DNA of 64,000 bases, from the NCBI RefSeq assembly GCF_009914755.1, contig NC_060929.1. One strand, given 5' to 3'. Positions 12,385 to 26,118 of this stretch are shown here, in pieces. Each line of letters starts with the position of its first letter. The stretch's first letter is position 1. This stretch comes from the human T2T-CHM13v2.0 reference genome, Homo sapiens. Under the pieces are notes generated by a model. The model was not told where the DNA came from, did no database searches, and was given only the letters and a program-made list of their open reading frames with translations. Position numbers and translations under genes: made by a program.

Positions 12385-13410
12385 CAGACACAACTTGTTT
12401 CATTGTGCTTCATTTTATTGAACTTCACAGATATGACATTTTTTTATGATTTACAGGTTTGTGGAAACCCGCTGTTCAGCAAGACCATTTGCATCAATTT
12501 TCCACAAGCATGCACTTACTTCCTGTCTTTGAGGAACATTTTGGTAATTCTCATAATATTTGAACTTTTTCATTGTAATTACATCTGTTATAATGATCAG
12601 TGATGAGTGATGTTTGAAGTTACTAGTGTAAACTGTTTTTGGACACCATAAACTGTGCTCATGTAAGATGGCAAACCTAATCAATAGGGTGTGTGTTTTG
12701 ACTACTCCGATCTACCTCTCCTTGGGCCTCCATATTCTCTCAGACACAAGAATATTGAAATTAGGCCAATTAGTAACCCTATGATGGTGTCTACATGTTC
12801 AAGTGAAAGGAAGAGTTGCATGTTTCTCACTTTAAAAGGTAGAAATGGTTAAGCTTAATGAGAAAGTCATGTCCAAAGCTGAGACAGGCTGAAATCTAGG
12901 CCTCTTGCACCAGTTAGAAAAATTTTGAATGCAAAGGAAAGCTTCCAAGGGAAATTAAAAGTGCTATTTCACACAAAAAAATTATAAGAAAGTGAAACAT
13001 CATTATTGTTGATGTGGGGAAAGTTTTAGTGGTCTGGATAGAAGATCAAACCCACCACAACTTTCCCTTCAGCCAAAGTCTAATCCAGAGCAAGATCCTA
13101 ACTCTATTCAATTCTATGAAGGCTGAGAGATGTGAGGAAGCTACAGAAGAAAAGCTAGCAGAGGTTGGTACATGATGTTTAAGAAAAGAAGTTGTCTCCA
13201 TAATATTAAAGTGCAAGGTTGAAGCAACAAGTGCTGACGGTGAAGCTGTAGCATCAGAAGGTCTAGCTAAGATCATTGATGAAGGTGGCTGCACTAAAAC
13301 AATAGATTTTCAATGTAGATGAAAAGTCTGGCTTCAAAGCTTCAAAGGACTGGCTGACTTCCTGGTTAGGGGCTAATGGAGAAGAAGACTTTAAGTTGAA
13401 GCCAATGCTC
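12385..13410 (+). mobile_element. Tigger1 DNA transposon, 5' 1 kb (left TIR plus truncated transposase)
   Basis: TA then degenerate TIR cagacacaacttgtttcattgtgc; transposase-derived gtggtctggatagaagatcaaa and ttttcaatgtagatgaaa; ends at ttaagttgaagccaatgctc. Confidence 0.92.
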
Positions 13411-13439
13411 TTCAAACTAACATTTTGAAAAAATATTTA

Positions 13440-14180
<741 letters not shown>

Positions 14181-14419
14181 CAGGAAAAGAAAAAAATACA
14201 TATACATACTTTGAGTTCAAATCATATAAATATATTTTTAAACATTTCACATGGAACATTTATATAGTCAATATTTATATTAAAGTTTAATTGCACAAAT
14301 TGCAAAATAAATTATTTAAAATATAAGTAATATTCAAGAATTTTGTTTAAAGAGGAAACATAATTAAAAATTTTGTTATGTTAAAATAAGTAGTGAAATG
14401 ACAACATCTCCAAATTCAG

Positions 14420-15250
14420 TAAAAGCTCTTTTCCAGGAAAAGACTGCTATATTAATAAAAATAGTAAGCATAAATTTACTAAGTAAAACATTCAAACTTA
14501 AAATTCTAAAAAATGAATACCAGAGTAAGAAAAGAAAGCAGATAAAGGCAACTAATACAAATAAAACAATTTAACAAGTTGGAAAACAAAAAGTGTAAAT
14601 AAGCCAATAGTAAGTTTTTTGAAGAACAGGCAAGATAACAGTTAAAGTAAAGGAAAGTTAAAGTAAAGGAAAGCAAAAAATCTAAACCCCAGAAGGTAAC
14701 AAATTAGTTTCATATTAGTAATAGCAAAATAAGTTAATGCACAGAGAGAAAGTGATTACTGTGCTCTACCATAAAAACCCCTGGCCCAGATAAATTCATG
14801 CAGGAAGAATACCAAAGCTCAGACAATCCTAAAGCAATATAAGTTGTCCCACAGTATAGACAAGGAAGGAAAATATTCAAATATGATTTATGAAACGAGA
14901 ATAACTGGAATCCTTACTCCCAACAAAGATTGCACTGAACAGGAAAGCTAAAGGCCAACCTAATTTATGATTAGTAATGCATAAATCTTAAGAAAATGGT
15001 AGCAAACAGAATCACTTAGCTCATTTAAAAGTGAAGCCATCATGACAAAGTGGGATTAATTCCAGGGATGCAAGGATGATTTCAATATTAGGAAATCTAA
15101 AAGCATAATTCACTGTATTGATAGAACTAAGGAGAAAAATTATACGATCACATCATTGATGCAGGAAAGGCATATAACAAAGTGCAACAGTCTTTGGGGA
15201 TTAAAGAATAAATTAAAAAAGAAAATCATAGACACTTTCTTAATACAAAG
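14420..15250 (+). mobile_element. Ancient L1M ORF2 fragment
   Basis: cctggcccagat, catgacaaagtgggattaattccagggatgcaaggatg and gatgcaggaaaggcat match the N-terminal L1 RT region. Confidence 0.8.
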
Positions 15251-15329
15251 TTTGTGTATAGAGGCCAACGGGTAAAAATGAACTAGTATTAAGGAAATAT
15301 ATAGCTTCTACAGCTAGAGCTTACAGTGT

Positions 15330-15600
15330 GAATGTGATGAAATGAAATTAGTTAGGTAGTCAGAGAAAGATCATACCGGGCTTTGCATGATATGTGAGAA
15401 CATTTGGTTTTATCTTGGTGGTATTAGGAAGCCATAAATTATGGTTAGCAGGAGATTTGAATGAACAATTTGGGATTTTGTAGAGCTCACTGTTTCTGTA
15501 TGTAGACTAGACAGGAGTAAAAGTGAGGTAGATTGGGAGGCTGGTGCAATTGTGTTGACCTGAATAATAAGTATCTTTAGGCAATGGAGTGTGGGTAGAA
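15330..15600 (-). mobile_element. L2 fragment
   Basis: tttggttttatcttgg...ggaagccat...agctcactg...ggaggctggtgcaattgt is an L2-like antisense pattern. Confidence 0.55.
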
Positions 15601-15888
15601 CTCCTGAGCACACAGTAGGACTTTGACAAATACAGTCTGGAATTCACAGGCATTTAAAAAAAATAACTGGAGAATAATTTAATGGTCTGATAATTTTAAA
15701 ATCCTTAAAGATCTTACAATAACTTGAGGTCAATGTTTTTGATTACAAAAATATTTTGTAATTACAGAAATTAATATAACATTGAGCAATAGGGAATTCA
15801 TCTTACAACTTCTGTCTCTTTTATATTCCACTAAGGTGTAAGATATGTTTTTTGTTTTTGTTGATAGTTTCTTATTTTTTAAAGATGT

Positions 15889-16303
15889 TTTATTTGCATA
15901 GAGGTGTTTATACTATTCTCTGATGGTTGTTTGTATTTCTGTGGGTCAGTGGTGATATACACTTTATCATTTTTTATAGTGTCTGTTCGATTCTTCTCTT
16001 TATTCTGCTTTATTAGTCTAGCTAGAAGTCTATTTTATTAACCTTTTAAAAAAGCCAGCTCCTGGATTCATTGATTTTTTGAAGGGTTTTTCTGTCTCTA
16101 TCTCCTTCAGTTCTGCTCTGATCTTGGTTATTTCTGGTCTTCTGCTAGCTTTGGGGTTGGTTTGCTCTTGGCTCTCTAGTTCATTTAGCTGTGATATTAG
16201 GTTGTCTATTTGAGATCTTTCTAGCTTTTTAATGTAGGCATTTAGTGCCATAAATTCCCCTCTTAACATTGCTTTAGCTGCATCTCACAGATTCTGGTAC
16301 ATT
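15889..16303 (-). mobile_element. Inverted 5' segment of an L1PA (ORF2 region after the endonuclease)
   Basis: Minus ORF 16030-16269 encodes [16 protein letters not shown]...[21 protein letters not shown]. Confidence 0.9.
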
Positions 16304-16320
16304 AAACAAAGAGACAAGCT

Positions 16321-17051
16321 AGATACTATCTCACACCAGTCAGAATGATGATTATTAGAATGTCAAGAAACAAAAGAGGCTAGCCAGGCTGTGGAGAAAT
16401 AGGAACGTTTAAAAACTGTTGTTGGGAATGTAAATTAGTTCAACCATTGTGGAAGACAGTGCAGTGATTCCTCACAGACCTAGAACCAGAAATACCATTT
16501 GACCCAGCAATCCCATTACTGGATATATACCCAAAGGAATATAAATCATTCTATCATAAAGACACATCCACACATATGTTCGTTGCAGCACTAGTCACAA
16601 TAGCAAAGACATGGAATCAACCCAAATGCCCATCGATGATAGACTGGATCAAGAAAATGTGGCACATATACACTATGGAATACAATGCAGCTATAAAAAG
16701 AAATGAGATCATGTCCTTTGCAGGGACATGGATGGAGCTGGAAGCCATTATCTTCAGCAAACTAACACAGGAACAGAAAACCAAACACCACATGTTCTCA
16801 CGTATAAGTGGGAGCTGAATGATGAGAACACACGGACACATCATGGGGAACAACATAGACTGGGGCCTGGTAGTGGTGGTAGGGGGAAGGAGAGCACCTA
16901 GACAAATGGCTAAGGGATACTGGGCTTAATACCTAGATGATGAGTTGATAGGTGCAGCAAACCACCATGGCACATGTTTACCTATGTAACAAACCTGCAC
17001 ATTCTGCACATGTATCCCAAAACTTAAAATATAATTAAAGTAAATTTAAAA
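16321..17051 (+). mobile_element. L1PA8-PA12-type 3' end (ORF2 C-terminus plus 3'UTR)
   Basis: ORF 16576-16818 encodes IAKTWNQPKCPSMIDWIKKMW; 3'UTR ctgggcttaatacctagatgatgagttgataggtgcagcaaacc; A-rich tail. Confidence 0.9.
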
Positions 17052-17879
17052 ATATATATATATTTTAATGTAATTTTTTATTTGTGTGGTTTAAATAGGG
17101 GCAGAAACAACATATGAAAGAAGCTCTTTTAACAGAGATTATTGCACTTAGATATGCAAAAAACAAAATTTATAATGTGTGGGAAAAATCTTCTCAGGGG
17201 CACAGATTGTGCAACATGATTTTTCTCTAGCATTTGTACAGTGTTATTTTCTACATCCTGTATTTAATGACATGAAAGAAAGAAATCACATATGCAGTCG
17301 CATATATTTACATTTTTAAACTGTTCTTACCAGAGTTAGCATGTTGTCACTCTCCACTAAATAAATGATCTCATTTTTCTTTGATTATGAGCAATGTACA
17401 TAATTTAAACTTCAATTTTCTCACTCTCTTAGTGGTTTCTACTATCATCAAAGTCTTTAAAGAATGCAATTAGAGACAAATACAAGAATGCTATGTCTCT
17501 TTAAATGATAAATATAGTAAATATACTGGAATTTTAAGCAGGGAACCATTGGATGTATGGAAGTGAGGCAGTTATATTGCGTCTTGAAAGACATGAAGTA
17601 TTTGTCTAAACAGAGATTAACTGAATTCCGATCCTTTCGTTCAAGTCCAGCTTAAGTTATTCCAAAGATAAGTAAGATTTATTTTAAATCAAGTGCAAGT
17701 AAGGATCCCATTTTCTAATTAATATTTCTGATATTGAAGGTTTTATTATTCACATAGTCTCAGCAGCACAAAATTAACTGTTTATGAATGCTTGGGGCTT
17801 GTTACTACTGAATTATATTTTATGTATCAAGGCTCACCTTTTGATCATCGTTCTTTTTCGATTAATGAAAGAAATAACT

Positions 17880-18020
17880 TAGAGATCACCTAGTACCTCC
17901 AGCTCATGTTTTGAGAGGAAACAAGTTTAGGAGAGAGCTGGTGGCTAAGGCAGAAGCTCACAGTTTATTGAATCAAAACTGAGGATAGAACTGAGACAAT
18001 ACCAGGGTCTCTGGATTCCT
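17880..18020 (-). mobile_element. MIR fragment
   Basis: agagatcacctagt...gaggaaac...ctcacag is a degenerate MIR core. Confidence 0.35.
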
Positions 18021-18277
18021 ACCTAGAAGTTCTCTTACTCCCCTTTCTTTCAGCCATCCATTTACACAGACCTTTGGTACTTTCTCAGAGATTTTAAAAT
18101 TTGAACACAACTGTCAAAGAAGGCTATCTGAAATAGTGCAAAAACAATTTTTTTTTAATAAATAGCTATGAGTTAGCAGAGGTTCATATCTGGCACACTG
18201 TGGGGATTCAAAAATACACTTTGAAACTTAATTTTATTGTTTTTCTAAGTGTGACTTTTGTGGTAGGTCTTGTTTCA

Positions 18278-18794
<517 letters not shown>

Positions 18795-18859
18795 AAAATG
18801 CACTTTTAATATAGAATCTTGTCAACACTTGAAAATTTCCTACAAAACCAATAATAGTA

Positions 18860-18972
18860 ACCTTCAATTTTAAGATAAAGCAATTGAGGCCAGAGTAACC
18901 ATGTAATTATCCAAGCTAATATAATCCAGTAGTGGTACATCTGGATTCTAAATTCATATGTTCTGGCTTTCA
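18860..18972 (-). mobile_element. MIR fragment
   Basis: attttaagataaagcaattgaggccagag...ttatccaag matches the MIR core. Confidence 0.55.
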
Positions 18973-19032
18973 AGTAAATATTATGTGCATTAATATTTCT
19001 ACAAATTAATGAAAACTCAATCAACTAGATTA

Positions 19033-19347
<315 letters not shown>

Positions 19348-20329
19348 CAACTAGATTATTTTTAATGTATATATTCTAACATTTTCAAATGAAGAGATTA
19401 GACGGTAGGGTACTTCATAATAGCAATAACGGGAAAAACTGTAATTATGTTTATTTACAAAACAATTGCCCTAAAATCTTAATCAGTTTGTTTTATTTTT
19501 CCCGTAGTTTACTCTGGAGTATAAAAAACTGTGTTCCTGGATTTCTCAACTTAGTTTCCCCTATGGAGCTAAAAATTTACTGTAATTTTTATTCTACCAA
19601 AACTTAGCATAATTTTACTACAGCAAAAGTTGAAACATTATCAGAACTAATAAAGAAAATATTAATACTTCCAATACACTCTAGGACTTGTCTGGATATA
19701 TCTATCACCTGTATGGTTGACTGATTTTATACAGGAAGCTAAAAATTCATTTAGGTGCCTTCAATGAAACATCTGAGTGATTCACTCAGACAATGGAAAA
19801 TTATTTTCTAACCCATAAAACTGCTAGAAGTTTTAATCAATCAACAGTTACTAGTTGAACTCCAATAAAAATAACCTCCACTTCTACAGAATTTGATAGA
19901 TAAGATTCTCTTCTATAAATCCCACCTTGTTAAATTATCATCTCAACGACTGGAATTAGTGAGATAACTACATTTTATAGGTAGAAAATATTCTGCAAAT
20001 GATCAAGATTACGTACCTTTGGTCTTTGCATTCTAAACCAATTTGGGCTTTTTCTCCCCCCACTTTTTACTGCATGGTATAAATGCACTAACTTTCACAC
20101 TGTGATGAAAGTCAGTAACTTCAAGATGCTTTTTAACTAATGAGTTAGGTCTACCAAACAAGAAACAATAAAGTAAAAAGGAGATTTTCCTAGTGATTGC
20201 ACTGCTTAGAGAAAGCTTAATATACAATGCAAACCTGTAGGCTAAGTCTTACATTTCCTCAAAGAAACTTTTGGAGATTCATTTAGCTCAGATTACTGTC
20301 ACCCTCCACTGTACTGCTGCATCAATTTA

Positions 20330-20505
20330 TTTAAATGGTAACATTTTATTCATTGTAACTTGCCCTCTGTCTGATACATATGATGTCATTTGCTCTCACT
20401 TGAAATTACTAAGGTTCCAGAAGGCCAGAACTATTATCTCTTTCACTTTTACATTTTTCTTAATACTTATCAGAGTGACTCTCAACAAATGTTTGTTGAA
20501 TTAAA
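20330..20505 (+). mobile_element. L2 3' end
   Basis: Ends ctcaacaaatgtttgttgaatt, the L2 terminal motif. Confidence 0.55.
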
Positions 20506-20559
20506 AAATATATGGAAGTTGGATAGGCAGGAGTGGTACTGATTTCAATGGAGGAGGAA

Positions 20560-20780
20560 AGATTTATGTGTTTGGGCACCTATTGTGTGTCAAGCAGTGG
20601 GCAAAGCACTTTTCAATCTTCTGTAGTCATAATCACTTAAGACAGATAGTCTAATCATTAGCATATTTAAAATTGAGTAAACTAATGGTCTGCACAATTA
20701 AGAAGATTTGCTGTAGGTTATAGGTGACAAAGTCAGGAAGTGGTCCAGTTTTATTTGTCATCAAAACACCTGCTGCTTTC
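20560..20780 (-). mobile_element. MIR
   Basis: ttgggcacctattgtgtgtcaagcag...attgagtaaact matches antisense MIR. Confidence 0.55.
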
Positions 20781-20927
20781 TGCTCCCAAGTAATGTCCTC
20801 CATCTGAGGTATCCTTTAATAACAGACAATAACTCACAGCCCAAGTGGGCACATCACATTTGTGATTCTGGTTAGAAGTGTAAGAATCTTACTTAAACTG
20901 TTTTCACACAATTCTGGGCTTGACACT

Positions 20928-21303
20928 TCAGGTGGTTTGGCTCTGTGTCCTCACCCAAATCTCATGTTGAATTGTAATCCCAAGTGTTGGGGGAGGGACC
21001 TGGTGGGAGGTTATTGGCTCATGGGCCCGGATTTCCTCCTTGCTGTTCTCATGACAGTGAGTCAATTTTGACGTGATCTGTTTGTTCAAAAGTGTGTAGC
21101 ACTTCCCTCTTTGTGCTCTCCTGCTACCATGTCAAGACGTGCCTGCTTCCCCTTCACCTTCTGCCATGATTCTAAGTTTCCTGAGGCTTTCCAGCCATGC
21201 TTCCTGTACGATCTATGGAACTGTGAGTGGATCAAACCTCTTTTCTGTATAAATTACCCAGTCTTAGGTAGTCCTTATAGCAGTGTGAGAAAGTACTAAT
21301 ACA
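20928..21303 (+). mobile_element. THE1D solo LTR (MaLR)
   Basis: tggtttggctctgtgtcctcacccaaatctcatgttgaattgtaatccc...aaattacccagtc...actaataca. Confidence 0.9.
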
Positions 21304-21520
21304 ATACACATTTCCACTTGTACTTTTTGAAATTTTTTTGGAGTTTCACAACAGCAAATCATTCTGCAGTCCAACAGCAAATCATTCTGCTTTTAAGAAA
21401 TGAATTTCCCTCCATACATTTACCAAAGTCCAGTTCTGGCTCTTAATTTTGTTAGGTAAATGAATGAGATGTCTTGAGTGCCTTGGGCACAGTCTTCAAA
21501 AATGATTTGCATTAACCACT

Positions 21521-21630
21521 TATCTTGTTTTGTTGCCCAGGCTGATCTTGATCTCCTGGACCCAAGTGGTCCACCTGCCTCCGCCTCCCAAAGTGCTGGG
21601 ATGCCACGTCATAACCAACAATGCCTGGCC
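21521..21630 (-). mobile_element. FLAM or AluJ left-monomer fragment
   Basis: gttgcccaggctg...cctcccaaagtgctggga...tgcctggcc. Confidence 0.8.
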
Positions 21631-21769
21631 AAATTTTTCTTTACAGTGAAAGATACAATTTCCCGACAGAGTCAGCATACCTAAGTGGTCCAAATGCACC
21701 AGAAAATCTTGAGAAATCAGTGAATTAGAAGGAACCTTGATTAAAGCAATAATTTAGAATGGCTTCCTG

Positions 21770-21930
21770 TGTATTCCTTCACAGTCATTTTTAAGTACTT
21801 CCTGTGAGCCAGGCAACTTGCTTAGACATTGAGATACAAAGCTCAGTGATGCTGACTGCTTCAGGCAGTTCACATTCTAGTAAAGCTGCAGTTATTTAAA
21901 CAAGTTTTTATAACACAATGATAAAAACTC
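21770..21930 (-). mobile_element. L2 3' end fragment
   Basis: ttaagtacttcctgtgagccaggca...attgagataca...ttcacattctag. Confidence 0.55.
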
Positions 21931-22984
21931 AAAGAAACCCAAAGAAGAGCAGAAGAATTATAGACTATCCAATGATGTGAGGCTTTGCTTGCTTAAAACA
22001 TTCACCTCTCCAAACCACATGGAAAATATTTCCTCATCAATGCCTTTCAAGTGTCATATTACTATGTTTCTATTAACTTTTGCAATCAGAGATGTTTTTT
22101 GGCATGTGCCAGGTGATCAATAAATGTGTTCACCAGGCTTGCTAAAGATGACAAATGGGCTTGGAGGAGGTTGGTAGATTTGAAGAAAGCAGCTTAATTT
22201 GAATAAGAACAAATGGAGAGTGAGATGTAACTAGGGAAAACAGAGACAATTCTAGCTTTACTGAGCTTTATCAATGAATTTCTTATACAATGCAACCTAC
22301 TAAATATCTACAAAATACTTTGCAAAGCCTTTGCATTTGTTAGTGATTCCAAGAAGTTCTAAACCAAAAAATGCAATGACAGTAATGCCTACAATTGCAA
22401 ATATAAAATAGTTTCCCTAGTGAACTTGTGCTATTGTCATGGTAATAAAGATTAAGTACTCACTTAATGAGTGGAAGCAATGTGAAAAACTTTCATTTTA
22501 TTTTAGTGGGGAATCCAAAAATAAATGATAGTCAAACGTAAAGACATTTTCAAGTTCTCTCGAGTGACAACATAAGAAAGATAGGTGATATATAGGATTT
22601 CATCTCTAGAAGCTGGCATAAAAATAGGTGAGAAATAAAGTAAAACCTTTGGATTTAAGATTCTCAAGACTATGTTTTCTTTCTTTCTTTTTTTAAAATT
22701 CAAGTCATTTAATATACCTTCTTGTATATTGCAAACCCTCAAGGGGAAAGATACAGTTTGTGAAAACAAAAACGAATAAATAAAAAAGAAAGAAGGAAGA
22801 AAAAAAGAGAGAGAGTAAGAAGGAATACAATTTGAGAATAGTTTGGAGAGGCATCATGATGAAGCCAGTCCTCAAATGAGTCTTGAGAGGGCTCAAGACT
22901 CAAGTTGACATCTTGAATTTCAAAATAACAGATTATTGACTTTGGGAATACCATGCTGCCCCTCTTGAGATTTTTGAGAAACAC

Positions 22985-23235
22985 AGCAATATTTCTTTTG
23001 CTGTTTGAATGGCACCATTCTTTATGTGTACATCTGTGCCTCTCATTGCAGGATATTTACTAGGCCTGGAACTTCTACAAACTCCAAACTCCATGACCTG
23101 AAATACTAAGTAACAATGGCAACTGCCCCCCATCACCACAATTTCATTAACAAGCAAAAATATTGCCCCCTCACCTCCCACCCCTCATTCACATATGCTT
23201 AGGAGCCTGGCTTTTCTCCTGATTGAAACTATTTA
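22985..23235. mobile_element. hAT-Charlie MITE remnant (MER20-like)
   Basis: attctttatgtg...tcattgcaggatattt...gattgaaact is degenerately similar to MER20. Confidence 0.35.
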
Positions 23236-23282
23236 CATATAGAAAGGGATTAGATGGAAAGAAAAAGACAGATTTCCATCTC

Positions 23283-23480
23283 AATTAAGGTCTTCTTTTG
23301 GTTGTTAGGTTATTTTTGTTTTGTTTTGTTTTTATATTCACGAAACAAAACTCAATTCTGGTTAATTGAGGAAAAACATAGTCAAAAGGTATTTATCAGA
23401 AGAACTAGGGAAGTCACCTGAAAATTGAAGGATGGTTAGAAATCAATGACTTCCTAGAGTTTTGGGACCTTTCTTACTAT
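23283..23480 (-). mobile_element. Old MaLR LTR fragment (MLT1K/L-like)
   Basis: ttttggttg...aaaactcaattctggttaattgagg...tatttatcagaag. Confidence 0.35.
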
Positions 23481-25408
23481 TTTTGCCGCTGCCTTATAGG
23501 ATGATTTGTACCCAACACAGTGGATATCCGAGTATCTTTTATCAGATTTCAAATCTCCAGTAAGGAATGTTGTTGGTGCAGTTTGGATCATGATGCTTAC
23601 ATAGGAGTCTCTCAGATGGAGCCAAGGAGTGAGCCCAGGATGGGCCACTGGGTAAGTACTGCTGTGTAAATTGCCTTATGCAACTAGGCATATTCTATTA
23701 AGCCTTGACAATATTTTGAATTGTTTGACTTAGGTTTAAAAATCAGAATGTGCTGTGAAAACAGTTGAACATCCCTTTGAAATGTAATACTCAAGCCGTA
23801 TTGAGACTTTATTTCCTCATCTCTACAAATGACTAAAAGCCAAGAGGTGTTGCCCTTTAGATGGGGTATTCACTCCCTGAATGTCAGATAATGAATGTCA
23901 GTCTTTTAAGTCACCAAGCTGGCCCTTGCCAATTGAGTCTGTGAGTCCCACATATGTTAGTGAGGTGGTTCTTAGAAGTGTTATTCTCCTGGGATGGACC
24001 AAGAAGTACACGAAGAGAAATTCATTTTAAACTTCATATTCAGAGCAATACCAATTTAAAAAGTAAAAAATATGTGCAGATATGATGCATAAAATGTGTA
24101 GCTTTAATTTTTTCCTTGTTACTATTATTTTCCAAGACAGAAAAAAAAATCTAACAATTTCTTCTCAACGTAGAAGTGAAAGAAAAATATGTCAATTTTC
24201 AAGAAATAGCCATGTACTATTTATAATTCCTTTTAAAAAGCAAGTGAGTTCCTGGAACGTGCTGACTCTCCTGTTTTTGGAAACTTCTCTCCTGCTCATT
24301 AGCTATTTCACATAAAGCAACAGGACAGTTCCAGAGGTACCTATTAATTCAATAGAGAACTGATTGAATTTTCAACTTCACCTTTCTGTGATATCTCATG
24401 CATATTTATTCCTCATAAAAATGTCTTCACTTCTGTATTTCACTTTTGGCTTTTGTTTTTTGGCAAAAATACTGTTTTTCCCCTTTTAGCTACATTTTAA
24501 CTTGCTATATGTTCCAATCAGCAAAGTATACTTTTTTTGTTCTTGTTTTCTATTTTTTAAATCAAGTTCAAAATAGTTGATAAAGACAAGTCTTTTGAGA
24601 AAGAAAACAATTTGTTTTGGGGATTTTTATTTCCAAGTAAAATAGAATTTCTATTTCCAAGTGAAGTAGAAACTCTTGAAAATTTACCCCTCAGTTAAAA
24701 ACAATGGGGGTGATAATATTTCTAGCTCTATCTATAATAACTAGATTTTAAAAAGGTTTTTAAAAGATAGAATGGCTGCATTGATTTTCATTGTGAAGAA
24801 ACATTACAATTAGGAATAAAAAAGGGAAATAAAGCTAACATCTAAACTTAGTATGTGTTTCTGAAAATCAGAGTACACTCAACATAAGAGAGATTTCTCA
24901 TAGTGAATGCTTAGTCATAGTAGTCAGTCATAGTAGTTATTCATATACCTGGACACAGTTTTCAAATTGCAACAATATGCTGAACTTATGAAGTGTAGTT
25001 TAAGCCATACAGTTAGAAATATGGATGAAATAATAAAACAATTATAGTCATATGGTTAATTTGTGGGAATGAAATAATGGACAGTATGATTAGAATCTTT
25101 GTTTTCTTTGATATGCTGTATTGATACAGAATTAACTGCATCCATCAAGTTACTTTGCCCATTTCTAACTAATATTAATAATTTACTTTATATCATATCA
25201 AACAGTTATTTCTTAGGGTAGTCTTAAATAGCTTAGTTAGCAAGAAAATACGTCCATCACACCAGGACCTGACACAGTGTTGAACTTGATTTCTGTTTGC
25301 TAACAATTACTTTTCTATGAAATCTTGCAATGAGTCTCAATTAATCCTTCACCTACTGAAATGATATAAATACAGTTTAGTAATCAGCATAAAAGTGAGT
25401 TTTCTGTT

Positions 25409-26118
25409 TGTATTAGTTAATGATTGCTATATAACACATCACTACAAATTTAGCAACTTTAAATTATTTACATTTTTGGATTAAAGTCCAGACAGAAAGC
25501 TGGGCACAGTGGCACATGCTTGTCATTCAAGCTACTCAGGACCTGAGGCAAGAGGGTCACATGAGCTCAGGAGTTTAGGGCTGCAATTCAGTATGATCAT
25601 GCCTGTGAATAGCCACTGCACTCCAGCCTGGGCAATAAAACAAGACCCTCATCTCCTTAAAAATAATAATAATAAAAAAAAAACTAAAAAAAGGCCAGGC
25701 CTGGCTTAGATTAGCCCACTTTTTAAAGTCTCTCATGAGGCTGTAGTCAAGGTATCAACCTGGGTTGAGGTATCATCTGAACACTCAGTTGGGGCAGGAT
25801 CCAATTCCAAGTTCTCATGGTTGTAGGTAAAATTGATTTCTTCTTGGGCTGTTGGAATGAGGGCTACAGTTTCTAGCTGTCTGTTGTTCTCAGGCCACCT
25901 CAGTTCTTTGCCTCATTGCCATTCCCAAAATAAAAACTCACTATGGAGGTACAATTTTATGTAACATCTTCATGGAAGTGACATCTCACACCTTTGCCAT
26001 ATTCTATTGATTAAGAGTAAGTTGTAGATCCCACCCAAAGTCAAGGAAAGATAATATATAAAATATGAATAAAAAAGGTGGGGACCATTGGGGCCTGTTT
26101 TTGAGTTTATTTGCCATG
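25409..26118 (-). mobile_element. MLT1F-like LTR interrupted by a FAM
   Basis: tgtattagtt start; ggggcaggatccaattccaag; catggaagtgacatctcacacctttgccatattctattg. Confidence 0.8.
25499..25692 (+). mobile_element. FAM (fossil Alu monomer)
   Basis: Single monomer retaining the 7SL-type segment gcctgtgaatagccactgcactccagcctgggcaa; A-tail; degenerate TSD aaagtccagac/aaaggccaggc. Confidence 0.85.

Noticed and set aside
14640-14673. Small tandem duplications (also at 24628-24676, 26484-26526 and 31640-31663)
   Set aside because: Ordinary slippage-scale events expected in AT-rich DNA.
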